The notes beneath the pieces are model-generated. The model was not told the origin of the DNA. It did no database searches and was given only the letters and a program-made list of their open reading frames with translations. Positions 14,616-27,548 of a stretch of 64,000 nucleotides of DNA are shown in pieces. This DNA comes from Nymphaea colorata (lineage: Eukaryota): contig NC_045138.2 in NCBI RefSeq assembly GCF_008831285.2, positions 25,172,001 through 25,236,000 of the forward strand. Reading direction: 5' to 3'. Within the stretch, counting starts at the first letter, position 1. Each line of letters opens with the position of its first letter. The translations under genes were made by a program, and so were the position numbers.

Positions 14616-17600
14616 ATGCAGAGCAGGGTGGCAGAGAAAGCGGTGAGTTGCTTGGGGAGAGGCTTTGACATCACCAACGATTTCAGGCTTAAGTATTGCA
14701 GAGGGGGAGGGAGACTCGTGCTGCTCAACGAGGAGGGGAGGAGAGACCTTGTGATTCCTGGCCATGGCGTCGTCAAGGACGCCCCCCCTGACATCAAGTG
14801 CGACAAGGGGGAGAACCTCCGGTATCAATCCGATGTCCTCGATTTCAAACAGGCAATCCATTCCCTCTCTTTCTCTTTGCTTCTTCTCCTTCTCTTCTTT
14901 CTACGATTCCCCGGATCCCAAAAATGGCTTCCTGAGTGTTTCTTTTGATCTTTTCTTCTTGAACACCGAAGTTTCATGGTGTTCAGAAACTGATGAATTG
15001 ACATTTGCGGGAATTATACGTTCTCCTTTCTCTCTCAGTCGCGCTCTCCTGCTTGGTTGAATCCGATTGTAGCGCCATTAGATTGTAGCGCCATTAGATT
15101 GTAGGTTCCAAAATCCAAAGATGTTCTTGACATGGATTGACAGAAACCTTCATCTTCACAAAATGATTCTGTCTTCTTCTTCCGAAACGAATCCTTCCTA
15201 GAGCAAAGTCCCGATCTTCTAAGTTCTTGAACTTATCCAATTTTGGTGTCGTTTCACTCCATGCAGCCGTGTTTAGTTGCCGGCGAAGTTTCCCGCCGAC
15301 GCGTGATGGAGAAGTCCCTTCCCGGAGTTCATTGCATTTTTCCCCGTGATTTTTGGGGTGTCGTTTTCACTAAAGTTAAGGGCACGCAGGTAACTTTAGT
15401 ATAGAAAATCCGTGGTTAACCCTACCGCGCTTTGTTGTTAGGCTAGTGGGAGGCCCGAGATAATGGAAACATTTCCGGAAATACCCCTTACCTATTATAA
15501 ATGGCTTGAAACTCCCTCGGAATGTCGGGGCTCGGTTGGTGTGATCGTCGTGTAAACGCGTTGGCGCAGCATCTTCAAAATCTTAGCCCCTGGCGACTCG
15601 GCCGACGTCAAGTCGGCCGTCTCTCCGAATCGAGCAGCTTGACTCGGTGAGTCGGTCTGGATTTGGCTAAAAGAAACACCCAGATTTAGATGAAATTTGG
15701 CTTCGATTCGGTTTAATTCGAGTGACTCGCCCGAGTTGCCTTCGAACCGGTTGAGTTCATATTTACTAGTTTTTCTTCCTTCCTTAATTGACATTTTGAA
15801 TTTCTTCTCAATTTCCCAATGAGGCCTCCTAGTTTTCAAATCTCTTTTCGGCAGCAGCCTATAAGGTTGACTCTTGTGACTAAAATAACCCACAAAGTCT
15901 TTTTTTTTTTTAAAAAAAAAGAAATTCTTAATACCTCTTTATGTACGTTTCCCATTCCATTTTTTAAAATCCTATTCTTACATTTTTCTTTAACATTTCA
16001 ATTAGATTTGGAGATAAAATTTGTTATAAAACATAATTTTCCATTGTACAAGTGGCATTCAGAAGAGAAAAAAAAAAAGACTGAGCAAAAATTAAATACA
16101 TTAACTTAAGTGTTGACCACATCAATTTGTGCAGATGGGCCGATTGGGACCTAGCAGGTAACGAATTAATGTTCTACCGGTGCCACATTCAATAGACAAT
16201 TCCTTTTCTTATTAAATATTTTAAATATTGTTTATTTTTATAATTTTTTATTTTCATAAAAATGAGTAACGAAAAAAAAAAATTATTTTTAGGGTATAAA
16301 TGACGGGAGCAGATCGTCACTGACCCAAGTTAGAGATTTTTCTGTCAATTATTGAATTTAGATAATAACGGTTCCATTTTTTCTCTTTTGCATATTGACT
16401 TTTTGTTGGTTAATGGTTATGCATTTAATTAAACCATACGAAAGTTACCGGCCATTTGGACTGACCGACTAGACCGGCTGGGAGAGAAATACGACTTAGC
16501 GGGTCATTCATGTCACGGGCCATAGAGTGTCTTTTTGCAAAATTTTCAGGAGCCCATCGATCTTTTCTTCTTAATTTTTATAAAAAAAAAAATACATATA
16601 ACTACATGTGAAGTCTGACCTCAGAGGTCAGAATGCTCAAACTTTTATATGTGAAATAAAAAAAAAAGTGTGTTCAAATGTGTGAATGTGATTTTATTAT
16701 AAAAGATTGATTTTGATTTCTTATAGAATTTATTTTATACATCTTCGTTTTTTAATGCAACTAGAGTTGAATATTTTGAATTCATCTAAATCATTGGATT
16801 TTAAAAAAGATGCCAAACCAGTGGGACAGCTGATAAAGACAGATGGACACTCATGTAGAAAATATGAAAGCTTCGTGTAATGGACTCCCCGTTTACATGA
16901 TATGCACGTCAGATGTGCGTAAGACTTGTGCTTGCTTGACTTGATCCTGGTGTTGAAATTCTGAAAATAAAAAGATCTGGCAAAAAGTTCGAAAAAAAAA
17001 TTTAAAATTTCTTATAAAGATCCGAATTCATATGGTTGACTGAAGTCAGGTCTAACTTCATTAGCGGGGGATTTGTTTCTTTGATTTCAAAATTTTGGAA
17101 GGGCAAAGCTGAATTTGGATTTCTTGTAAGACATTATTCAAAAGGGGTTTTGATTTTTTTTTTGTTTATCTGCGAGTTAAAAAGAATTCGAATTTTTGTC
17201 TTTGAAATTTGCTGCTGAGAAGTAAAAGATGAAGATGAATGACGGTTTGGAGGGTGGATGTAACAGATGAGCGAGCTGTTTAACCAGAAGAGCAGCCTGC
17301 CGGGAAAAATTCCGTCAGGTCTTTTCAACTCGACGTTCGGATTCAACGGCTCGTCGTGGGCGTCGGAGATGTCGGAGACCAAATCATTGGCGTTCAATGG
17401 CTACTTCATCTCCCTCTTCAATCTGCACATCGATCGTTACCCTCTCCTCCTCGCCGACCACGTTAGACACGCCGTCCCTTCCACATGGGAACCTGCTGCC
17501 TTCGCAAGGTCCACTAGTTTCTCCGTTCCCTTCTTCTGAAATTTTTTGTTGGTACTAACCAGAATCGTCAAGCTTCAACGTCGGATTTGAAAGATGTATC

Positions 17601-20552
17601 GTGTGACACGAGAACTATGTATCAGAACGTCCATCTAAGCCCTCACCCTCAGTAGTCAGTATCATGGCGGCCAATCAAGAAACGATTTAACAATGCTTTT
17701 ATACTGGTCAGGGCCCAACTGCAACTTGCAGAAGGAATGAAAGATGCAGACTAACCATGCTTAATGAAAATGCAGATTTATTGAGAACTATGGAACTCAC
17801 ATCATAGTGGGTCTGAGCGTTGGAGGTCAGGACGCGTTGTTTGTGAGGCAAGACCAGACTTCAAACCTACCTCCTTCTGAGCTCAAGAAACATCTCCACA
17901 ACCTGTCTGATCAGCACTTTACTGGGGCATGCCAGATCTCTCCACATCTTCGCAGGAAACAGAAGCAGGTAGGCTGCACTCTTCAACCGATCGTTCACCC
18001 TTTTATTCTGTACATTAAGCAATCATGAAAAGACAGACTGAGAAATGGGATGAATTTTTCTCTGTGTGAAACTTTGATAAATTATCCTGTGTCTGTCCTA
18101 ACATTGGACGTGCTCTCTTCTCTTCATTTCAGGTTTGTTTTTACTGATAGATTTGTAGGTCCCTTAATTAGACTCTTCTCTGTGTTAATTGCTGTTTCCT
18201 AGTGCAGATGCCAGGGGCTTTTAATGTCTTTGACCCAGAGCCGGTAAGCCTGGAGTGCTTCTCATCCATGGCAAGCAAAGATGTAAGTCTCAATGAATTC
18301 CTAGTAAAACTTTTGCTTGCAGTTTGCTTTTGCTTTAAACTGAGCAAGAAACCAGTGCAGCTGGTGAGCAAGTGGTAAGATAAGGGACGATTCCGATTAG
18401 TTGGAAGTCCCTGATTCATGTACAACACTGCCATTCTGTCGCCTTAGCTTGATCATAGTGTTGTACATCGTAAGACTCAGTCGTAGAGGCTCACCTTCAT
18501 CACGGAAAAGGAAAAATTTTTTGTCCTCAGGTCCCAACAGCTAGCTAAGTAGAGAAAGTCCTTATTGATCAAAAGGAACATACCCACGATCAAATCATGA
18601 TATTTTCAAAATATTCTGTATATTTATGATATGTTCTGCTTGATGAATGTCAGAAAAAGTTCAATTCTAATGCTCATACTGTGTTAACGGGTATGTATTT
18701 CGGGCTTCTTCCAGGGCATCACAGTCATCTGTTCTAAGAGGGGAGGTGATGTATCCATCAACAGCCACTGCGAATGGCTTCTCACAGTGCCAGCTACGCC
18801 AGATGCCATCAATTTTACCCTCGTCCCGATCACCTCTCTTTTAGCTGGTGTTCCTGGCAAGGGATTCTTGGCTCAGGCTATAAATCTCTACCTGCGCTGT
18901 GAGTTTAACTTCACTTCTTACCTTCATTCATCTAAATTCTTTCTTCCTGTCAGCAACAGACATGGCTGCAAAATCACCTGGCTCTGCGCTTTCTCTTCTT
19001 ATCTCTTTGTTAAATTTTTCCTTTTTGGGTTTCAGATAAGCCGCCGATTGAAGATCTAGAGTACTTCCTCTACTTTCAATCTCAGAAGATATGGGCTCCA
19101 GTGCACAGTGACTTCCCTCTTGGACCTCCTGCAAACAGGTCCATTAATCCAACTTCTGCTTTGCAGTTCTCATTAATGGGCCCGAAGCTGTACGTGAACA
19201 CCTCTCAGGTGATCTCATCTTGTAAGAGTGGATGCTGAATATAATAAACTACTCCGCTTCTTCTGTATTCTCCTCTTATCCTTCACACTCTCTCTTACTG
19301 CCTGCTCACTATATGTTGCGGTGGCTCATATAAGGAACTGTTAAATTAAGGTTTCACACACACATATAAATAAATAAATATATATATATATATATTCAAT
19401 TGACATCCTTTTTACTCTAAATATTTGAAAACGCTTTTGCTCATATATGTATACATCCAACCTGCAGGTGATGGTTGGGAAGAGTCTTGTAACAGGAATG
19501 AGGCTGCATCTAGAAGGCATTAAGGGAAGCAGGTGAGCTTTCTCGTGGTTTTTCTTGGGAATTTGGTCTTGTAGAATGTAGAATCATTCGGTAGCAATTC
19601 TTTTTTCTTTTTTTTTTGGAGTATTAGAGACTTTAGTTTGTTCAATGGTTCGTTTGACAACAAGTACATATTTATATTTTGTTAGTGTTTTATGAATTTG
19701 ATGTAAAGGTCGGTGTTGATTTAAAACACTTTGTTCTAATACTTCAATTTATGAATCATATTAACGAAACCTTCACAGCAGAGAATGAGAGAAAGAATCC
19801 GATAAAGAAGAATAATGTTTACTTTAAGAGGCAGAACGGTAGTGCTGCGCTGCACTTTTGTGGGTAATTGTGTCATTTACCTTTTCACAACGTCACGTGG
19901 CAGGCTCGCCATCCACCTAGAGCACCTCCGGCACGTGCCGCTGTCACTGGAGAAACGAATCGGCGAGGAGACATGTTGGCGCGGAGCCGACGAACTTGCC
20001 GCTGAAGCCGCCGGCCACTACGAGCCCCTGCAGTGGAAGAATTTCTCGCGCGTCTGTACGGCTCCGGTCGTCAGCGACGGCTTCTCGCCCACGGCGCAGG
20101 AGGACGACAGAGGCGGCGGCGGCGGAGCTGCCGTCGTGACCGGAGCTCAGCTCGAGGTGATCAAGCACGAATGGGCAAGCGTGCTCCGGCTCCGCTTGGC
20201 GTTCACTAGGCTGTCCGGCTGCAGAGTCGTGAAATCAACTTGGCAGCACAGCGACTCCGCTAAGTTGACGCAGAGGTCGGGCTTGCTATCCGGCGTAACC
20301 ATGCTGGCTCTTCCTGCCGCCTCGGCTGCCGCTCCCGCCATTCCTGAAAAGCCGATCATTGATTCCGGCGTATTTGCCGGTGGCCCTCCGTCGGCCTCCC
20401 ACGTGCCGAAGGGCCTAAGGTACGTGGATACATCGCATGTGTGCAAGGGGCCGGACGACTGCCCGGGCCATTGGCTGGTCACCGGAGCCAAGCTGGGCTT
20501 AGACAAGGGAAAGATACGCCTAAGTGTTGAGTTCTCCCTCTTAAGTTACTAG
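14616..20552 (+). CDS. MACPF (membrane attack complex/perforin) domain protein, plant NSL1/CAD1-related family, about 605 aa, 8 exons
   Basis: Exons 14616-14852, 17267-17508, 17776-17968, 18208-18282, 18715-18898, 19036-19208, 19468-19532 and 19904-20552 join in frame (1818 nt). Motifs: LGRGFDITNDFRLKYC, MSELFNQKSSLPGKIPSGLFN, MACPF signature FIENYGTHIIVGLSVGG, AINLYLRYKPP, GPKLYVNT, and C-terminal GPDDCPGHWLVTGAKL...FSLLSY. The intron 1 donor is GC. Confidence 0.92.
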
Positions 20553-23128
20553 GCCTTAGGTTTCATTTATTTCATTTTTCCTTTTTTTTTTTTGGAAAAA
20601 TTTGGTGCCGGGGCCGGAAAAGCTGGGAAGGTTACATACTGAGTGTTTTTTTTTTTATTTTTAATTACAAATGTAAATTAGGGAAATCAGTCTGCAAATT
20701 ATTAAAGTTATATATTAATCTTAATGTGTTCCTTGGGCTGTTATAAATGGATGGCAGGTGGGTGTTTGTGTTACTATCCAAAAGAACGGTTCATCACATG
20801 AGCAAAGCTAAGAAGCTTACATATAAAGGGAAGTAGCTTGTATAGAAATTTGCCCTATGTCAAAGCTAAGAAATGTAATTTCCATTACTTCTTGTTTTTC
20901 TTTTAACCATCTTATATGAACGACCCATAAAGCTTCTTTTAGTAATCTCAAAGAGTATTTTTTGCAAAAATAATGGATTACATGAACCAAGGAAGCTTCA
21001 TGAAGACCAACCACAAAATAAGCGAGGGAATTGAGTTGCTTCATTGAGAGCATCTCCGCCATTTCTGGTCGAAAATATATGAACAAATGAAGAAAAGAAG
21101 AGTTGAATGGACAAGGGAAAAAAGGGTCTCCCCTTATTTATCATTTCAATTCAATCACTACATGCTTATTGACATATCTCAGTGTCTAAGAAATAAATCT
21201 AAGATTGACCTCAATATTAAGGATAAGTACGCTAAAGATATTGTCTACCTTGAAGATTTAACAGAAAATCTTCGTTGATCTTCTTTTTATTTTGTTTCAT
21301 ATTCTAACATTCCTCCTCATGTTGGAAGGCAAAGTAAATCTTTAATTGGCCAAAAAAAAAAAAAAAAAATTATCTGTCAATGATGGGTGCTGAAGAGTAC
21401 AAAATCAAGTAGAAAAACGTTGACCGCCGATCTTTGAAATTATATCAAGCTTTGGCTTCATTTCATATGTATCCGTTTGATTAGGATGACGATAAGTGCA
21501 TGTCAAGTACTTTCCGGAGGTGAAAACCATGTTCGTGTGCTTATATCTCCTAATTCTTAAGAAAATATTGTTTATGCTCTCTTGCATGTCTCTATTTCTC
21601 TACTTCTCTTTTCTCTTCTCTCTCTCTCTCTCTCTCTCTCTAGTTCGTGTGTTCTGTCTTTCCACTCGCTCTCCACCTTTCTTTTTGGTTTTTCTATGAG
21701 TTGTATTATATATTTCGCCTTTTTGTTTCTGTCTTGCAGTTTGTTATTGTAACTATGAAACTTCTTGTCCCAAAATTTAGATATAGATTTCCATTTGATC
21801 GGCTCTCTCTTTCTCTCTCTATATATATATATATATATAATCTATGTGTGTGTGTAGAGGGGTTGTGCTAAAAGTGCTGAGCATTGCCTTTTTAGCAATG
21901 CAAAGCAAGTATGCTTGTCTATGATAAATTATTAAGGCTATCAAGTCCTTGGCTTGGGATTCTTGGAACTTATTCCAAGAGAAAAGAGGACATTTGGAGG
22001 ATCTGATCTTTGGAATGAGGAATATATTTAAAGATGTGGTTGGCATGCATGAAAATGGAGTTGGCAAGTCCCCCTCAATGGCCACGCCATCCTCATCCTA
22101 CAAATTTGGGGAATGTCTTCTCAAGCACATTATCTGAGTCAATTACATTATTTAATATTCTTTCACACACTTCCATTCCATGCTGGTCCAAGGTTGTCTT
22201 ATGCAAGTCGCTCCTTGGAGGGGTTCCAATATTCTTTCTTTCTTTTTTTTTTCTATAACTAAAATTATGGATGATTAAGTACAAATCAAGATTATATAAT
22301 ATATATATGAAAGTTTGTATGCTGCTTTGGAGCAAGCAACTAGAAAGTATCGAGGGTCAAAATTTCTTAGTATGTTGGGCTGTGCATTACCCAGTTAGGG
22401 TCATGGCTCGGTGTCACGATCAACCTGTCACAGCCTGACCCACGGCCTGTATTTAGAATCTAGACACCCTTCTAGGTCAGAGATCAAAGGTTAGACCCAG
22501 GGTAAAGGGTTGACTCACTTCTCTGACTTCAACCAAGCTTCCAAATTAATCTTGAATAAGCCTAACTCAAACAAACTTGCTGATTTTTTTTGCAAGAAAA
22601 CAATATAATGTTAATAGTGTATTAACAAGCAACAAGTGTCAATTATGACGGCTTAGGCAACAAACACACCTATTCTTCCGATAAAATTGGAATGATACAG
22701 AGAAGATTCACATGGCTTCTGCTCAAGGAAGATGACACATTTAGATTTCTTCATTTGTATAGAACCACTAAACTTGAACTACCCTCCCTAGTTTTCATTA
22801 GTTCAAACTCTATAGTCATCTTCCATAATGTCAAACGAGTTTTAGATCATTTGTCCGGTTTTTTAACTTGTTTACTTAGAGAGAGAGAGAGAGAGAGATT
22901 AAAAAGTAAATTATCTACCAAATTTGCGAAACTGGTATGCTTATTCCTTACAAATGATTCGTAGAGCTCTAAGAGATCGAACCAGAACCAGTAATAACTG
23001 GAAGAAACTGCATTTAGGTCGAGAGACTTTGTAGGATTAAACCTGCTTTGGATTTGCAAGAGTATAGTGTCCATTGAAGAACAAACAAGTAGTGAGACTT
23101 AATGTTATATATATAAATATATATATAT

Positions 23129-23165
<37 letters not shown>

Positions 23166-23703
23166 GACTAAAGGGATGAGAACAACCAAATTGAGAGGTT
23201 AAGTTAAGGCACCGAAATCGAAGGCCGAACCTCTCATTCGAAGGTGTGTGGGACCCAGGACGATTTCACGGTGCCCCTCTCCGTATTTGATCTTGTGCCA
23301 GAAGATTGGGCACGTCCTCCTCTGCCCTAATTCTTCTCTTTTGCCAGACCAGAAGAACAGTGAGGGCGTCTCCTCTTCCTTTCTCCTTTTGGTGCTCTGC
23401 CAGAACATTCACCACCCAAGCTTTGCTAATATCTTCTCTTTCTCTCTCCCTCCCTCCCTCTCTATAAAGCAAAAAAGAATACTCCTGCCGCGGAATCAGG
23501 CATTAAGAATGATTCCCCAAGCAGAAAAGAGAGCTTTTACAAACATGAAAACGGAGCAGAGCTACTGATGAGTTATACACGTACCCACCCAAGTACATTT
23601 TCGTATATATAAACAAGCAAAAAGAGGAGAGCGAGGAAAGGCAAAAGGGTAGGAGAGAGAGAGAGAGAGAGCGAAAGGGCGTTCCCTGTGCGCTTTAGCA
23701 ATA

Positions 23704-24128
23704 ATGATCACGGGCACGAGGACGACGACGACCACAACGGAGAGGACGTCTCCTCTCCTTCATCATTCCTTTCCCCTCGCCGACTCCCTTCCCACCGACT
23801 CCTCCTCTTCCTCCTCTGGCGGTGGCGCCGCCGGTAATGGTGGCCTCACCACCACCATCACCACCGCTGTACTCAAGAAGGGCCCCTGGACGTCCTCCGA
23901 GGATGCCATACTCGTCGCTTACGTGAACAAGCACGGGGAGGGCAATTGGAACGCCGTGCAGAAGAACTCGGGTCTCTCCCGCTGCGGCAAGAGCTGCCGC
24001 CTCCGCTGGGCCAACCACCTCCGCCCCAACCTCAAAAAGGGAGCCTTCTCCCCCGAGGAGGAGCGCCTCATCCTCGAGTTGCACGCCAAGCTCGGCAACA
24101 AATGGGCTCGTATGGCCGCCCAAGTTAG

Positions 24129-24163
<35 letters not shown>

Positions 24164-26889
24164 GCGTACTTGTTTCCGATTACAGAAAGGAAAACCCATT
24201 TTTCAACGATTGCTCTGTTTCTAAATTCCAATAACTCTGCGTCCGTTTCCCTCTCATTGTTTCCGAAGCCCAGACAAGAATTTCTAATCTTCTTAAGGCG
24301 ATCCTTGCTGTATGAAAATGCCAGTTCCGTGATCAGCAATGCTTGAACTATGCGTGCAACTTTTATTTGTATGGGCGATAGGACAGGCGCCTGTCTTCCC
24401 CAATGAGACCGAAACAGGGAGCACCAACTTCCATGGCGCCTCTGTTTCATCTAACTTCCGCCTTCTTTCATCGTTTACGCACTACTGCGAAGATCTTGAT
24501 TCCCTAATTCGCGAAATTCATCGGTTATATATCGAATGGGAACTTCCCATCTTCTCCATAATGATTTGTTCTGGTTCGAAAATATGGAGGCCACTTTTTC
24601 CTGCCATTCATTTTGACGGGAACGAGAGGCTTTGCATCTTCTTGTAAATGAAGATGAGACGTCAATTTAACTCGACGTTTTTCTTGATTGGTGCAGTTGC
24701 CAGGGCGCACGGACAACGAGATTAAGAACTATTGGAACACACGGATTAAGAGGAGGCTAAGGGCAGGGCTCCCTCTGTACCCGCCTGATATCCAACGCCA
24801 TTTGTCGACCCAACCCTCCTTGACATCGCCGTCCGCTGCCAACAATGCTACTGTAACCGCCTTTCCTCCCATGGCGTCTAACTTGAACTGCCTCAAGCCA
24901 CAGCCCTCGCTCACCATCTTCGACAATCAACGTCTACCGCTGTCTGGTGGTCTCCCCCACGTTCCGTCTGCTCTTATACCGGCAAGCCGATTCAAGAACT
25001 TCCGGAGCGAAGGACTCGAATTGGGCCTACCATTTTCCGGCAAGTGCCTCCAGCCCCTACCAGTGGCAATGCCGACTCCGGAAGCGCAGCAATTCCGTAA
25101 CGTCCGCGGTGAGGACGTCCTGGGGCTCGATACTGTACTCCGAGGCGTGACCACACCGTATGATCCTGACCCGATTGCCGGGAAGCTGCCGTTCACATTC
25201 GATGTGAAAATGGAGCTCCCTTCAAGCCAACTACCAGAGGCCGCTGGCCAAACGTGTCCCCAGTTCTTCTTCGACGGCGGCGGAATTGAGAGCTCTATGA
25301 AACCAGGGCCAGCGCCCGTGTCATCGCCGGAAGCTCTCGATAGGTCCAACAGCGGTTTGTTGGATGCCATGCTGCAGGAAGTTCAGGTTCTCAATAGAAA
25401 CGAAATTCAGAAAACGCCGGAATTCGGGGCCGGAAAGTTGTGTGACTGGTCCAACGGGAAGGTTGTGGCCGATAGTGGAGCGGATGGTCGATGGGATGCT
25501 TCGAGCTCAGTTGGTCAGTTTTCCTATTCTTCCTCTTTCATGTTTTCTGAGTACCGATCTAAGACTGGGCCAACCTAAGCCCAACACTGGGCTTGGAAGG
25601 GCCGTATGGTCCCTTTGGGTTCAGTGACTTTATGACCTCTATAGAACGTATGCCTACTCCAGTGCTTCATAAAATTCAAACCTTAGTTGCATCATCAAAC
25701 TCGCCAAGCGATGTTGGTGCGTTTACTGTTGTCTTTACTCGGTTCAGCTGCTATATACGTATTTCCGTGATTTACAATTCTGCAATAGTTTTTGCAGAAT
25801 TCACGGCAGAGCTATACCAGGAAACTTTAGAATTTGTCTGTATAAGTTGATTCAACATAGGAATATCTCCATATAATTCATCGTAAGCCTTCGTTAGCCA
25901 ACTGTGGCAAGCCAAATATTTTACAAAGCGGATACCCAATTAAGGAATTACATGAACTGTAAGTTTTGCTCTCCCCAGCAAACATCGCCGGCAGGTTCAG
26001 AGACTTGAGAGGAGTTCACAATCTAGTCTTCCTTTGATCATCATTCACTACAACCTGGATGCGTCCCGACGTTGTTCTTTGACGATTTGAATTCATGCCC
26101 ACAGTAAATTATGGCAACTCTTCCTAGCCTATCGACTGTAGGTTGTATGAAGAATTATGGTTCTGACTTTCTTTTATAAATTTTTGCGGTCTTCAAGGTT
26201 TTGAATTTCCAGAGAGTGGGTCTGCTCCATTAAAGGAAGATAAATGCTATATTACGTATGTATTCTGGTCTTTGTCGCTTTGTGCTCCTGCTAAAATGTA
26301 CAAGATTCAGAATTTCCATAACTTTCAATGTTTTTTTCTCGTTAATACCATGATCTTTTCACGTTTATGAAATTAAAAGTCTGTGTTTTTTAGAAGATCA
26401 TACTGTTGAATGCGGATGTCTTGTGTGCACAATAATAGCCATAAACATGAATGACAGCACGAAGGTCCCTACTTTTTTTTATCCAATTAATATTTCGTTT
26501 ATTCTCAACCTATCTATTAGGTATTAACAGCTTGGTGCAACAAATTTTCCTGTATAACTGTATGTTCTGATCTGCCATTGACAGGAAATGTCAAAATAAA
26601 AAAGGAAGCAGGGCCTGATGAATGTTTGCCAATGGACGACGAGTTCTCTTCACTGCTTGACTTTATGCCGTCATCCACTGCAGCATCTCTCCCAGACTGG
26701 TACGGCCGATCCAGCGAGGAGGCCAGAGGGGTACCCAGTGAGCAATCAGGGTTGACAGCCTCCCCAGAAGCCGCACTCGCAGACGAACTTGGCATCGATA
26801 TGCAGCAACTCCCTTCGTCGCGCCCGGCTTCAGATCAGCTATGGGGCCTTAGTTCATGTCCTTGGAACAACATGCCTGGAATCTGCTGA
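23704..26889 (+). CDS. GAMYB: GAMYB-class R2R3-MYB transcription factor (MYB33/65/101-like), about 513 aa, 3 exons
   Basis: Exons 23704-24123, 24697-25513 and 26585-26889 (1542 nt, phases compatible). R2R3 repeats [11 protein letters not shown]...[19 protein letters not shown]...[31 protein letters not shown] boxes [16 protein letters not shown] and C-terminal [11 protein letters not shown] are all present. The symbol denotes the subfamily, not a proven ortholog. Confidence 0.93.
25211..25231 (+). promoter_or_regulatory. miR159/319 target site within GAMYB exon 2
   Basis: TGGAGCTCCCTTCAAGCCAAC against the miR159 complement TAGAGCTCCCTTCAATCCAAA: one G:U and two mismatches, central positions paired. 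It sits at the canonical ELPS-Q codons. Confidence 0.9.
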
Positions 26890-27506
26890 AGACTGATTTG
26901 ATCTTGGAATGGGAGGTCCACTCACTGCCTGGTTCAGGTCTTCATCTGAGCGCAGTGCTGCATATTGGTAATTTGTATTGAGTATTCTTGGAACTCCCAC
27001 AACCTCTTTGATAATGTGAATTCACTCCCTGGAATGTAGACTTTTCCCATGACATAGTTATTTTAGCATGTTCTACTTGGGATTTCTTGTCTGTTCCTTG
27101 TCAAACTAAAGGGAGATAAGAAAATGACAAATTTAGGGGTATGGACTAAAGATGTAGTGGATTCCCACCTAAATATGGCAAAAGATGACGATATAGGACT
27201 GCACCGCCAAGAGAGAGTAGGCCACATGGCTCGTATAGGGCCGGCAGTAGCACTACCGCTGAGAAATACATCTAAATTTGGGGTTGCTTTAATTTGCAGG
27301 GTTTGCTTTTCTATGAAGAGAGCAATTAAGGGGTAGCTGCTTTCAACAGTCCTTTTGATGCATACTTCGTAGTCATGAGATTCCGTGTTGGAAGAGAACT
27401 GGATCCCATTCTTCTCACGCTTCGCGCTTTCCCCGGACCCTTTTCCATTGCGTGTCTTCTTTACATGCAAACACAAGTCTGATGTTGCTTTCTACCCTTC
27501 TTTTTG

Positions 27507-27548
<42 letters not shown>

